64,000 nucleotides of DNA from a virus: positions 32,001 to 96,000 of IMG/VR virus record IMGVR_UViG_3300025913_000021; one strand, 5' to 3'. The notes beneath the pieces are model-generated. The model made no database searches. It worked only from the letters and a program-made list of their open reading frames with translations, and was not told the origin of the DNA. Of the stretch, positions 1-9,594 are shown piece by piece. The translations under genes were made by a program, and so were the position numbers. Every line of letters starts with the position of its first letter. Within the stretch, counting starts at the first letter, position 1.

Positions 1-558
1 AAGGCGTGCACCCTGGTCGGCACCCACGACGGCCAGCACGCCAACGGCAGCACGCGCTGGGGCAAGCGTGACCGCGTGTACGTCGAGCCGGTGGCTGAGC
101 CGGTGCTGGCCACGTGCGGCGTGGCTGGTCCGTTCGAGGGTGTCGCGTGCGAGCGCGAGGCGCACGAGGACGACCAGCACAACGGCAACGGCTACGCCTG
201 GACGGGCGTGAGCGAGCCCGTGAGCGTGCCGGAGCCGGTGGCCGAGGTCATCGCCTGCCCGTTCGAGCGGGACGAGTGCCTGGCCATGCAAGAGGGCGGC
301 GAGGGTGCGTGCGACGAGCACCCGATGCCCACGCGGCTGGAGATCCTCTCGGCTGCGATGACGGCCGGGCGCAAGTCGCCCGCACGGGCCAAGGCGAAGG
401 CTGCCAAGGCCAAGGCCAAGGAACGGACGAACGTCCAAATCGTCACCACGCCTGAGCGCGTGGCCACGGCACAGGCCGTGCCGCTGGAGGCGACCACGGA
501 CGTGGACGCGCTGCTCGCCGAGCTGCGTGAGCTGAGCATCCGATTGGAGGGCAAGTGA
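1..558 (+). CDS. 5'-truncated hypothetical protein with repeated Cys/His modules
   Basis: Frame is open from base 1; ACTLVGTHDGQHANGSTRW and ACEREAHEDDQHNGNGYAW are similar Cys/His/Trp modules. Confidence 0.7.
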   Translation, partial: KACTLVGTHDGQHANGSTRWGKRDRVYVEPVAEPVLATCGVAGPFEGVACEREAHEDDQHNGNGYAWTGVSEPVSVPEPVAEVIACPFERDECLAMQEGGEGACDEHPMPTRLEILSAAMTAGRKSPARAKAKAAKAKAKERTNVQIVTTPERVATAQAVPLEATTDVDALLAELRELSIRLEGK

Positions 559-1031
559 CTCAGCAGATGATCGACCCCGCCCTTTCGCAGACGCTGATCG
601 CGGCTGCGTGCGGGACGGGCAACCCACCCACCAGCGACACGCCGGAGGCTCCGGCGACAAACGATCATGCCGAGGCGCTCGCAGAGATCCTGCGCAAGGC
701 CAAGGGCGTGCGCAGCACGGGCGAGAAGCTCGTGGATGCGTACGTGGATCGGCTCTGGTCCGAGCGCAAGCTGAGCAAGATCGAGGCTGCGCGCATGGGC
801 CTGGTCGCGGGTGAGCACAACCCCGAGGTCTGGAAGCAACTCCAGACCCTGCGCGGCGAGCTGAAAGCAGCCGTGCGCAAGGACGCGCGTGCTCACGCGC
901 ACGTCGCACCGAAGATCGCGGCCAGCACGAAGGTGCGCAAGGACGGCCGCACGCCGGAGCTGGATGCGTTCCTGCTCCAACACGCCGATGACCAAGGCGT
1001 GCAACAGCTCGCGCAACTGCTCGGGCTCTGA
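555..1031 (+). CDS. hypothetical protein
   Basis: GTGA overlap with upstream gene, GGAGG RBS, high-GC codon bias. Confidence 0.75.
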   Translation: MTQQMIDPALSQTLIAAACGTGNPPTSDTPEAPATNDHAEALAEILRKAKGVRSTGEKLVDAYVDRLWSERKLSKIEAARMGLVAGEHNPEVWKQLQTLRGELKAAVRKDARAHAHVAPKIAASTKVRKDGRTPELDAFLLQHADDQGVQQLAQLLGL

Positions 1032-1050
1032 CACACGGGAAGGCACGCAA

Positions 1051-2415
1051 GTGAACGACACCATCGAGATCGACAACGAACTCGACGAACTCGCACGAGC
1101 GCTCGACGAGCTGGACGCGCAGGTCGCAACCGCGACTGTCGTCGAGGCTGAGGTCGAGGGCACCACCGACGACGACTACCTCGCACGGCTGGACCTGGAC
1201 GCGATCCTGGGTGGCGCGCTGCTGCTCAAGGGCGACCAGACGGCACGCACGTTCGTGAAGTCGAAGGAGATTTACCGCAACCCGGACGTGCTCGCGGCCG
1301 AGCGCGCTGCACGTGAGCGCAACCGCGACAAGCTGCGCAAGCGCATCGCTCGCCAGCGCGTGAAGCGGGCTGCGTTCGACAAGGAGCGCGAGGCCAAGCC
1401 GATCGACCAGGCGCGCATGAGCGCGTGCCTCCAGATGCTCGGCAACCTCTCGCACGTGATCGCGGACCTGACCATGCAGCGGTACAACCGGTTCCGCCGC
1501 ACGCTCGGGGACGTGATGGTCGAGGACATCGCGCAGGACGCGATCATCGCCATTGCCGAGGCCATGTCGCGCTCGGACACGGACCTGAGCGCGTACGCCG
1601 CGTGCTGCCTGTGGCTCAAGCGTGCGCCGCAACCGTTCGTGGCTGCCGACGGGCCGGAGGGCACGGGGCGACTGCTGGGCACGATCATCCGCGTGATCGG
1701 CACGACGATCATCGCGGTCTACCGCAAGTCCACGATCAAGACGTGGACGCTCGCGGTCGGACCCGAGGGCAAGGACGTGTGGGTGCGTCGCGACACGACG
1801 ATCGAGAGCCTCGACAAGCTCGCGACCATCGCGGCCAACACGTACACGGACGTGGACACGCTGATCGCCAAGCACAAGGCGAGCGGCAAGCCCAAGCAGA
1901 AGTCCACGCCCCCGGGCATGCGCGAGAAGCGCCTGTTCGCACGTGCGGTGATCGACTCGGCGATCGAGGCGCGTGGACTCGGCTGGCTGGCGACGATGCT
2001 CCTGGACGACGACCGCAGGCGCACGGACGGCAGCTTCAAGTGGACCGAGAACGCGGACACGGTGTGGGCTGGCTTCGGCTTCCCGCCGATGACCGTGGAC
2101 AGCCCGCGCCTGCGCGCTGACTTCGCACGTCAGGCGGTCAAGCTCGCGTTCGCGGACATGCCCGCGATCGTCAGCGAGGTCTACGGGCTGATCGACTCGC
2201 CCGAGCTGATGTGGTTCATCGACGTGTTCGGCGACAACGCCGCGCACGTGGTGGCGGGCAAGATCATCGCCAACCGCGCCAACCAGGAGCACCAGTGGGC
2301 GATCGACGGTGGGCGCTCGCTGGAGATGACCATGCGCATGATCGAGGACCCGGCCTACCGGCAGGACTCGCTCGCATGCATCATCGCGGCCGAGTTGGAC
2401 GATGACGACGAGTGA
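1051..2415 (+). CDS. large hypothetical protein with a sigma-70 region-2-like segment
   Basis: GTG start at 1051; RYNRFRRTLGDVMVEDIAQDAIIAIAE resembles the ECF sigma region 2 'EDxxQ(D/E)' helix; rest unassigned. Confidence 0.45.
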   Translation: MNDTIEIDNELDELARALDELDAQVATATVVEAEVEGTTDDDYLARLDLDAILGGALLLKGDQTARTFVKSKEIYRNPDVLAAERAARERNRDKLRKRIARQRVKRAAFDKEREAKPIDQARMSACLQMLGNLSHVIADLTMQRYNRFRRTLGDVMVEDIAQDAIIAIAEAMSRSDTDLSAYAACCLWLKRAPQPFVAADGPEGTGRLLGTIIRVIGTTIIAVYRKSTIKTWTLAVGPEGKDVWVRRDTTIESLDKLATIAANTYTDVDTLIAKHKASGKPKQKSTPPGMREKRLFARAVIDSAIEARGLGWLATMLLDDDRRRTDGSFKWTENADTVWAGFGFPPMTVDSPRLRADFARQAVKLAFADMPAIVSEVYGLIDSPELMWFIDVFGDNAAHVVAGKIIANRANQEHQWAIDGGRSLEMTMRMIEDPAYRQDSLACIIAAELDDDDE

Positions 2416-2591
2416 GCCCGTGGGTCGCGTCGTACCGCACGTGTGCCTGGTGTGGTCGCCAGTGCACCGTGCGGGACGACGAATGGGTGCACGTCCTGGA
2501 CAACGACCGCAGGTGTTGGCCCAACGTCCACACGACGGGCGAGTACGTGCGGTTCGCCACTCCGGAGTACCTGATCCGCGAGGAGCCTTAG
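2412..2591 (+). CDS. 59-aa Cys-rich protein ending YLIREEP (absent from ORF track)
   Basis: GTGA-coupled start; MSPWVASYRTCAWCGRQC...PEYLIREEP*. Confidence 0.75.
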   Translation: MSPWVASYRTCAWCGRQCTVRDDEWVHVLDNDRRCWPNVHTTGEYVRFATPEYLIREEP

Positions 2592-2938
2592 AGCGAGTCG
2601 TACCAGTCGAGAAACCGACGCGCGTCCGTAGCGCGTCGGTTTCCCAACCACGGAAGGAGGTCGCGAATCACATGCGCGATGTCATCACGACGACGCACGA
2701 CCCAAACCCACTGCGGCTTCCATCCCACCTGCCGACGCGGGAGCGCGTAGACGTAGCCAACCCCGGCGATCTCGTGCGCACGACGCACGGTGTCCTCGTC
2801 GGTCATCGGCAGGCGCAGGTGATAGCTCACCGAGCCATTGCGCGCGTCTGTCTGGCGATACAGGGTGCCTTCACCTTCGTACAGCCCGGCAAGCCAAGCG
2901 CACTGCGCGTCACGCGTCAGGCGTGCGGGTCGCGTCAC
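2588..2938 (-). CDS. single-motif LAGLIDADG homing endonuclease-like protein
   Basis: AWLAGLYEGEG motif followed by MTDEDTV and a beta-rich core. Confidence 0.8.
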   Translation of the reverse strand: MTRPARLTRDAQCAWLAGLYEGEGTLYRQTDARNGSVSYHLRLPMTDEDTVRRAHEIAGVGYVYALPRRQVGWKPQWVWVVRRRDDIAHVIRDLLPWLGNRRATDARRFLDWYDSL

Positions 2939-2954
2939 GCGTCACACGTTACGC

Positions 2955-3002
2955 GACGTTACGCGGCGCATCACGTGACGACTCGACGGGACAGCCGGAC
3001 AG
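2955..3002. repeat. diverged ~48-bp intergenic element, copy A
   Basis: gacgttacg...tcacgt...gccggacag shared with 16365-16410. Confidence 0.5.
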
Positions 3003-3144
3003 TTTCGCTATTACCCAGTGTCAGCCCAGCAACCCGCTGGGTACGCCGCACGCACCGTGCACGACGCACGGTGTGAGCGATCCATCCACCACGACGCGCA
3101 AGGCGCGCGTCAGGGCCTGGTGCCCATCACACGAGGAGGCGCAC

Positions 3145-3540
3145 ATGAGCGCATCGAACCCGACCAAGGCCGAACTCGCGGCGTTGGTCGCCCAGCAGGC
3201 GCAGGCCATCGCGGAGCTGCGTGGCCAGCTCGCCACGCCCGCCGCCGTCGCCGAGGTCGCCGCCGCCGCGACCGAGGTCGTCAAGCCCGAGAGCGCGAGC
3301 GACAAGCTCAAGGCGTTCGTCGAGAGCAACGGCCACCTGTTCGCGCGGGGCGGTCGCACGATCTGGACCATCGCGAACCTCAAGGCCGCGACCAAGGTGC
3401 TCCAGACCGGCGAGCCCACGATCCTGCCCGTCGAGGGCCTCGGCTCGCTCGCCAAGCGCGGCGTGTCCGGCATCGCGGTCGGCCGCGCGGACGACGGCAA
3501 GTCGATCATCACGCAGAACGTCTACACGCCCGAGGTCTGA
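3145..3540 (+). CDS. hypothetical protein
   Basis: GAGGAGG RBS before ATG 3145; coiled-coil-like N-terminus. Confidence 0.8.
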   Translation: MSASNPTKAELAALVAQQAQAIAELRGQLATPAAVAEVAAAATEVVKPESASDKLKAFVESNGHLFARGGRTIWTIANLKAATKVLQTGEPTILPVEGLGSLAKRGVSGIAVGRADDGKSIITQNVYTPEV

Positions 3541-3962
3541 GCGTGTACGTGCTGCTCTCGTGGTGGTACCAGATGCGCGGCCGCAACGCCGACTGGTAGC
3601 CACCACGGCGCGCAGGTGACCCATGTGGCTGCGCACAACCGGACCGGGTGACCGTCACTAGCCCGTGTCCACCTCAACGCAACGCGCGCACGCGCGTACG
3701 GCACGAACTGCTTTTCCCGCCCAGGTACGAACTACGCGGCCCTGAGCGGTGATGGACGTTCGTCCAAATCTGTGCTGGCCGTGGTCGGTCTGTCGGGATC
3801 ACCACGGCCAGCGCGTAGGCCGGAGAGTGCACGCTTCGCGCGTGTGCTTTCCGGCCTTTTTTTTGTGCCTTTTTCCGGGCGCGCGAACGCGTCCGGGAGG
3901 TCGTTCCCAAAATGCCCTATAGGCGATTTTCCTAGGGGCCCGACCCGACCGGAGGAGATCCT

Positions 3963-4166
3963 ATGGCCTTCTATCAGACGCTCGGCGAGTTGGTCGAGGC
4001 GATCAAGCACAAGCGCGAGGTCGAGGTCGTCGCGATGATCGACAACGACAACGTGACGTTCTACTCGCGCCAGGACGACTACTCGCGCGACCTGCTCGAA
4101 CTGCACCCGTACGACCTGCAACAGCAGGCGCTTACGCTCCTGGGCATCGAGAGCGAAAGCGTCTGA
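3963..4166 (+). CDS. hypothetical protein
   Basis: GGAGGAG RBS. Confidence 0.75.
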   Translation: MAFYQTLGELVEAIKHKREVEVVAMIDNDNVTFYSRQDDYSRDLLELHPYDLQQQALTLLGIESESV

Positions 4167-4239
4167 TGGCCGCGTGCCGCTGCTACGAGGGCGGCTACTA
4201 CACATCCTGCCCAGTGCACCGCGAACGAAAGGAACGTCC

Positions 4240-4794
4240 ATGCCCATCACGCGCATCGTCAGCTTCGAACTCAAGCCGAACGACGAGATCGAACTCGCCT
4301 TCGGTCACGGCACCACGAACGTAGTCACCCGCCAGGGCTTGAGCGACATGTACCAGCTCAAGCTGATCTTCGTGGTCACCATCGAGCCCACGGGCGGCGA
4401 GGGTGGCGTCGGCGGCTTCGAGTGGCGCACCGAGTACCGCGCTGCCGAGGAGTTCTACGTCGGGCTCGTGCAGGATCTCCAGCGCTTGCACGACCCGAAC
4501 CTGCTCACGCTGTGGGCATGCCTGGTGCCCGACTCGCTCGTGCCCGAGGAGATCAGCAACTACGTGGACGACGGGTTCATCACCAACGACCCGGAGACCG
4601 CCGTGCCGTACGTCAAGAAGATCAACGAGACGGTCACCGAGCCTCCGCACGTGGTCATGGTCGGCAACCCGATCGACGGCATTGAGCTGTTCGGCCCGTT
4701 CGGCACGGGCGCGGAGGCGACCGAGTACGCCGAGCAGCAGCGCTTCCAGAGCGACTGGTGGGTCGCGCCGATCACCCGCCCGGCCGAGTCGTGA
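4240..4794 (+). CDS. hypothetical protein with C-terminal GPF mini-domain
   Basis: GAAAGGA RBS; LFGPFGTGAEATEYA. Confidence 0.7.
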   Translation: MPITRIVSFELKPNDEIELAFGHGTTNVVTRQGLSDMYQLKLIFVVTIEPTGGEGGVGGFEWRTEYRAAEEFYVGLVQDLQRLHDPNLLTLWACLVPDSLVPEEISNYVDDGFITNDPETAVPYVKKINETVTEPPHVVMVGNPIDGIELFGPFGTGAEATEYAEQQRFQSDWWVAPITRPAES

Positions 4795-4941
4795 AGGCGT
4801 TCGCCTGGGGTATCGCGCTCGGATTCGTGTTCGGCGCGTCGTTCTGGCCCCTGTTCTACATCCTCGGCGGCAATGGCTCGTGAGCGACCCCAACACCCAA
4901 TAACCCACGAGAGCACCGCTCTCAGTCCCAGGAGGACAGCA

Positions 4942-5421
4942 ATGCAGATCACCGGAGTGACCCCTAGCCAGCTCGCGTTCGCCGTCAACTGGGCGAACGA
5001 GCAGCGCTACGAGGGCAACCTCGCCATCGCCGAGATCACCGACCACCACGGCGTGCGTCGGCCGCGCCTGACCGCGCGCATCGGCACGCACGAGGGCAAG
5101 GGTGAGGGTCGTGACCCCGCAATCGGCGCTCGCAAGTCGTCGTCGGGTCGCCGTGGCCCGTGGGCGTGCTGGCACGCCATCCGCGACGTGCTCAACGTGA
5201 TGTTCGAGCAGGTGCCGGACGCCGTGGTCATCGCGGGCATCCACTGGCGCGTGAAGTACGAGGGACTCGACGGCTTCCGCGAGGTCTACCCCGAGACCGC
5301 GTACAAGAACGTCGGCTCGATGATCGAGTTCACGACGATGCCGGATCTATGCGTGTGTACCGACTGGCGACGTGAGGCGCTCAGCGCGCCGCCCGCCTAC
5401 GTCATCACCTTCCCGGTCTGA
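4942..5421 (+). CDS. hypothetical protein
   Basis: CCCAGGAGG RBS. Confidence 0.75.
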   Translation: MQITGVTPSQLAFAVNWANEQRYEGNLAIAEITDHHGVRRPRLTARIGTHEGKGEGRDPAIGARKSSSGRRGPWACWHAIRDVLNVMFEQVPDAVVIAGIHWRVKYEGLDGFREVYPETAYKNVGSMIEFTTMPDLCVCTDWRREALSAPPAYVITFPV

Positions 5422-5430
5422 GGAGGAGCC

Positions 5431-6111
5431 GTGAGCTACTGGGCAGGGGTCAGTAACCGTCCACCCAACACGTTCCAGGGCCGCACGTACGCCGCTGCCA
5501 AGGAGTATTTGGACGGGGGTCTGAATCCGAAGAACCGGCGTGTCGGCAAGACGAGCTACCTGGCCATGCAGCCGGACGACTCGATCTCGCTGGTGCTGCA
5601 CCGCACGAGCGTGGTGACGTACATGCCGGACGGGACGTTCATCCTCGACCACGGCGGCTTCCGCACCGTGACCACGCAGACGTGGATCAACACGTTCTCG
5701 CCCTTCTACGTCGGCTCGACGCACGACCGCAAGAACAAGGGCTGGACGGTCGGCGACACCGACGAGCTGACTCCGCCGCGCGTGCAGAAGTGCCGCACGT
5801 GCTCGGGTACCGGCTGGGATCCCTGGTGCATGGCGCAGTCGCGCAAGACGCCAGGCGGCTGGCCCAACAGCAAGATGACCAAGTGCTACCGCTGCGACGG
5901 GGCGAAGGTCGTGGACTACGGCTCGCGACCGATCCCGATCATGTTCGAGTGGCCGATCCAGTTGGCCGAGGGCGCGGAGTGGCGCAAGCCGATCGTCATC
6001 GACGACCACGTGATCCGGCACTACCCGCCGGAGTACGAGCCGTACGAGCGCTGGCGTCCGACGTACGTGATCTCGGGCTACAGCAACTCGATGCTCAAGG
6101 CGATGGCCTGA
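5431..6111 (+). CDS. hypothetical protein with CxxCxGxG zinc-finger insert
   Basis: CRTCSGTG ... CYRCDG. Confidence 0.7.
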   Translation: MSYWAGVSNRPPNTFQGRTYAAAKEYLDGGLNPKNRRVGKTSYLAMQPDDSISLVLHRTSVVTYMPDGTFILDHGGFRTVTTQTWINTFSPFYVGSTHDRKNKGWTVGDTDELTPPRVQKCRTCSGTGWDPWCMAQSRKTPGGWPNSKMTKCYRCDGAKVVDYGSRPIPIMFEWPIQLAEGAEWRKPIVIDDHVIRHYPPEYEPYERWRPTYVISGYSNSMLKAMA

Positions 6112-6149
6112 GCATGCACGGCCCAGCGGGGTTACGCTCCGCTGGTACT

Positions 6150-6216
6150 GGCCCGGCAAGGCAGGCATTGGGGCTTTATATCCCTAAATGCGTGGGTTCG
6201 AATCCCACCTGGGCCT
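6150..6216 (+). ncRNA. tRNA-like element with degenerate D arm
   Basis: Acceptor GGCCCGG/CTGGGCC; T arm GTGGG-TTCGAAT-CCCAC; stem TTGGGG/CCCTAA around CTTTATAT; no proper D stem. Confidence 0.55.
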
Positions 6217-6393
6217 CCTAGCTCATGTTCCACGGATGTTCGCCGATCGAACATTCATGGTGCAATTGCTTCTCGCGTCCGTGATCGTTGTGGAGATCGC
6301 AGGCGTGGGAGTCCTGCTGCTGATAGGGCAGCGGCGGGACAGCACCACCTCGGCACGACATGGAGTCGAGCCGCAGACCCTCTGGAGGTCATC

Positions 6394-6699
6394 ATGTCCA
6401 ACACCCGCGTCGCCTACCGCTCCAGCACGGGCGCTCTCACCGGAGCCCAGCGTGCCGAGCAGCGCGAGAAGCGCATCCAGTTCGTGACGGCGCGCAACAC
6501 CGCGCTCATGGGCCAGCGCTCGCTGGCCGCGCACCGGCTCGCCGTGCTGCGCCACGACATCGCCAACGTGCACCGCGCGATCGTCAGCGGTGCCGAGCTG
6601 AGCGACGCGCAGATGGTCGAGCGCGTGCTGGAGCACGCCCGGGCCTCCGAGCGCAAGCTCGTGGACGAGATCACCCGCCTCAGCAGCAAGATCCGCTGA
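6394..6699 (+). CDS. hypothetical protein
   Basis: TGGAGG RBS. Confidence 0.7.
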   Translation: MSNTRVAYRSSTGALTGAQRAEQREKRIQFVTARNTALMGQRSLAAHRLAVLRHDIANVHRAIVSGAELSDAQMVERVLEHARASERKLVDEITRLSSKIR

Positions 6700-6722
6700 C
6701 CACCACCAACGAAGGGAACTAC

Positions 6723-7802
6723 ATGAAGCGAACCAGGGTCATCCCCGGCGTCATCGCGTTCGTCCTCGGCGTCCTGCTGCTGACGTTCGCGATGCCGGGC
6801 CTGTCCGACGCGCACACGCCGTCGGCCAAGGGCACGTCGTCCTGCAAGAACCCCAACGACGGGTCCTGGACGGCGAAGTTCACGGTCTACAACGACCCGA
6901 ACTCGTCCTACGGCCAGGCCACGATCAGCGGTACCGGCACCGGGCTCGACGGCCAGACCATCACGGCCGGTGGGCACATCGCGCTCGACATCGACGAGCC
7001 CAGCTCGGTCACCAGCGTGACCCTGAGCGGCACACTGACGTGGACGAAGGACAACTACTCCGCCCCGTTCAGCGCCACGGCCACGCCGCCCAACGGCTGC
7101 AAGCCGAGTGCCACCCAGACGGCCACCACGACCGTCACGGCCACGGCCACGGTGCCCGGCCCCACGGTGACGGTGCCCGGCCCGACGCAGACCGCGACGG
7201 TGGTCGTCAGCAACACGGTGACCGTGACCGACACGCCTCCGGCCAGCACCGTCACGGTGCCCGGCCCGACCTCGACGGTGATCGTGCCCGGCCCGACCGT
7301 GACGGTTACCAAGACCGACACCGCGACCGAGACCGCCACGGCGACCGAGACTCAGACGGCGACCGAGACGGCCACGGCCACGGAGACCGCCACGGAGACG
7401 GCTACCGCGACCGCGACGGAGACTGCGACCGAGACCCAGACGGCCACTGCCACGGTCACCGCCGTGCAGACCGTCACGGCCACGGAGACGGTCAACAACA
7501 CCGTCACGGCCACGGTGACCCAGACGGTCGCTGGCCCGGCCACCACGGTCACCGTGACGGCTTCGGGCGGCAAGGTCACCGAGACCAAGACGGAGACCGC
7601 CACGGTCACGCAGACGGCGACGGTGACCAAGTACCAGTGCCCGCCGAACTCGACCACGCACAACGGTCACACCACGTATCTGGCCTCCACGGGTCCGGCC
7701 AACGCTGGCTGGCTCAGCGCGGTCGGCGGTGGCCTGCTCGTGCTCGGCATGGCGCTGACGTTCTCGGGTCGTTCGCGTCGAACGAAGCCGAATCACGCCT
7801 GA
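6723..7802 (+). CDS. secreted Thr-rich cell-wall-anchored protein (LAXTG sortase signal)
   Basis: N-terminal signal peptide; TATAT/TETAT/TVTVPGP repeats; LASTG + hydrophobic helix + RSRRTK tail. Confidence 0.85.
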   Translation: MKRTRVIPGVIAFVLGVLLLTFAMPGLSDAHTPSAKGTSSCKNPNDGSWTAKFTVYNDPNSSYGQATISGTGTGLDGQTITAGGHIALDIDEPSSVTSVTLSGTLTWTKDNYSAPFSATATPPNGCKPSATQTATTTVTATATVPGPTVTVPGPTQTATVVVSNTVTVTDTPPASTVTVPGPTSTVIVPGPTVTVTKTDTATETATATETQTATETATATETATETATATATETATETQTATATVTAVQTVTATETVNNTVTATVTQTVAGPATTVTVTASGGKVTETKTETATVTQTATVTKYQCPPNSTTHNGHTTYLASTGPANAGWLSAVGGGLLVLGMALTFSGRSRRTKPNHA

Positions 7803-7832
7803 CGCGGAGCGTAAGTTCCGTGTAAGGTCCGG

Positions 7833-7870
7833 GTGGGCGGCGGTTACCTGCGGGGGGAACCGCCGCCCAC
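7833..7870 (+). terminator. GC-rich hairpin, probable terminator
   Basis: GTGGGCGGCGGTT / AACCGCCGCCCAC 13-bp inverted repeat after the gene. Confidence 0.6.
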
Positions 7871-8348
7871 TCTCGTCTTGCGAGAGAGGTCGCGCATGAC
7901 CAAGGCCAAGCTCACCGTGTGGATCAACTGGGATCCGGACGGTACGGGCGTCGGGGCAGACCTGCCCGGCCCGGACGCGATGGAGTTCGACATCGAGGTC
8001 ACCAAGCCCGAGGACACCATCACGATCACCATCGACCACGAGAAGGTGTCGATGACCACCCCTCACGAGCCCAGGTTCGTGACCTTGCCCCAGGAGGCAA
8101 CCGATGGCACCCACCAGGAATCGGACGAACATCCGTAGCGTTCCGGCGCTCACGGACGCGCCCGTCGGCACCAAGATCAGCTTCAAGGGCCTGCGCACCG
8201 AGTTCCGCTACGCCAAGCAGGACGACGGCATGTGGCGCGAGACCGCGCCGCTCATCGCCGGAGCGCAGAACGCCCGCGTGTGCGGCTCCGAGGAGCTGAA
8301 CCGGACCATCGACCGGACCACGCACGGCGGCTGGGCGCAGGTGCTCCA

Positions 8349-8660
8349 GTGACCACGCCCGCGCCTGACCCGCGCTTCCCGGATCGCCCCGACCACCCGG
8401 ACTTCTGGCGGCTCTCGCGGGCCGTCATCGCCAACGACACCCTGGCCGACAAGGGCATGCCGATCGAGGCGATCCTGGTCAGCCGAGGGCTCGACAACAT
8501 CGAGTCGCTGAGGTACATGGCCGAGCAGCGCGTCTTGCGCGCCTTCGGCCACAACTTCATCAGCACCGATGCCAAGGCGCTCATGGTCTCGCTCTACATG
8601 GACGCCTTCGCGGCTGCGCTCGGCTACGTCCAGGAGCGCGCGATCGAGGAGGGCAAGTGA
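8349..8660 (+). CDS. hypothetical protein
   Basis: GTGA-coupled; PDRPDHPDFWRLS. Confidence 0.7.
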   Translation: MTTPAPDPRFPDRPDHPDFWRLSRAVIANDTLADKGMPIEAILVSRGLDNIESLRYMAEQRVLRAFGHNFISTDAKALMVSLYMDAFAAALGYVQERAIEEGK

Positions 8661-9214
8661 AGATCGCACACACCGACTTCGACACGCAGCACCCGTGGCC
8701 CGAGGGCATGTTCATCCAGGGTGGTAGCTCGGGCCTGGTGATCCGGCCGCAGAGCAAGGGCGGCAACTACGGCACGGCGTTCGTCGAGGCGTTCCCCGAC
8801 GGCACGTTCATCCGTGGCGAGGGCGCGACCGTGCCCGAGGCGGAGACGGCGTGCTGGGAGAAGTACCAGCGCTACGAGAACTGCCCCGGCCTGAACGGGC
8901 ACGAGTATGTGCCTCACAACAAGGCCGGGCACGTCTACCGCAACGGCGCTGGCTTCTGCAAGCACTGCTGGCGGTTCGCCTCGCAGGTGTTCACGCCCGA
9001 GCAGCTCGGCTGCTTCTGCAAGACGTGCGGCACGCCGACGTTCTGGTCCCGGATCGGCGAGGACATGTTCTGCGAGGAACACGCCGACGACCCGGACACG
9101 CGGTGGCTCAAGCGTGAGCGGCTGCGTGCGGTTGAAGGTACCGAGGAGACCGTCACCGGCTCCGTGCTCGGGGACTTCTTCGAGCGCCTGGACCTGGAGA
9201 GGGAGGGCGGATGA
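8657..9214 (+). CDS. Cys-rich hypothetical protein
   Basis: Several CxxC pairs; coupled start. Confidence 0.75.
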   Translation: MKIAHTDFDTQHPWPEGMFIQGGSSGLVIRPQSKGGNYGTAFVEAFPDGTFIRGEGATVPEAETACWEKYQRYENCPGLNGHEYVPHNKAGHVYRNGAGFCKHCWRFASQVFTPEQLGCFCKTCGTPTFWSRIGEDMFCEEHADDPDTRWLKRERLRAVEGTEETVTGSVLGDFFERLDLEREGG

Positions 9215-9594
9215 CCACCTTCGACGACCTCACGCCCGGCCCGCTCATCATCGACGACAAGCTCGTCGAGGTGGCGCTCGTGGGCGACCGTGAACTCACG
9301 ATCACGTGGACCAAGGAGGACGGCTCGAAGCACACCACGTCGCTGTCCTGGCCGACCACGCAGGAGCGCGAGGCCAACTGGCGCAACGCCGTGAAGCTGT
9401 GGGCCGAGCGGCGGATCAGCGGCTGGTTCGAGGTCGCTGGCCAGGCGCAGTTCACGCGGCGGCTCGGGCACGGCTGGTACTTCGCCGTGCTGTCCGGCCC
9501 GCCGACGTGGTGGCTGCCGCGCGTGAAGGTCAAGCGCTGGCGGCTCATGGTGGGCTGGCTGCGACGGGGCTACGTTCTCAGCCGTGCCCGGTGA
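9211..9594 (+). CDS. hypothetical protein
   Basis: ATGA coupling, GGAGG RBS. Confidence 0.65.
   Translation: MTTFDDLTPGPLIIDDKLVEVALVGDRELTITWTKEDGSKHTTSLSWPTTQEREANWRNAVKLWAERRISGWFEVAGQAQFTRRLGHGWYFAVLSGPPTWWLPRVKVKRWRLMVGWLRRGYVLSRAR

Noticed and set aside
7100-7630. Tandem DNA repeat or CRISPR array
   Set aside because: These are degenerate codon repeats of a Thr-rich protein; no repeat-spacer structure was seen anywhere in the window.
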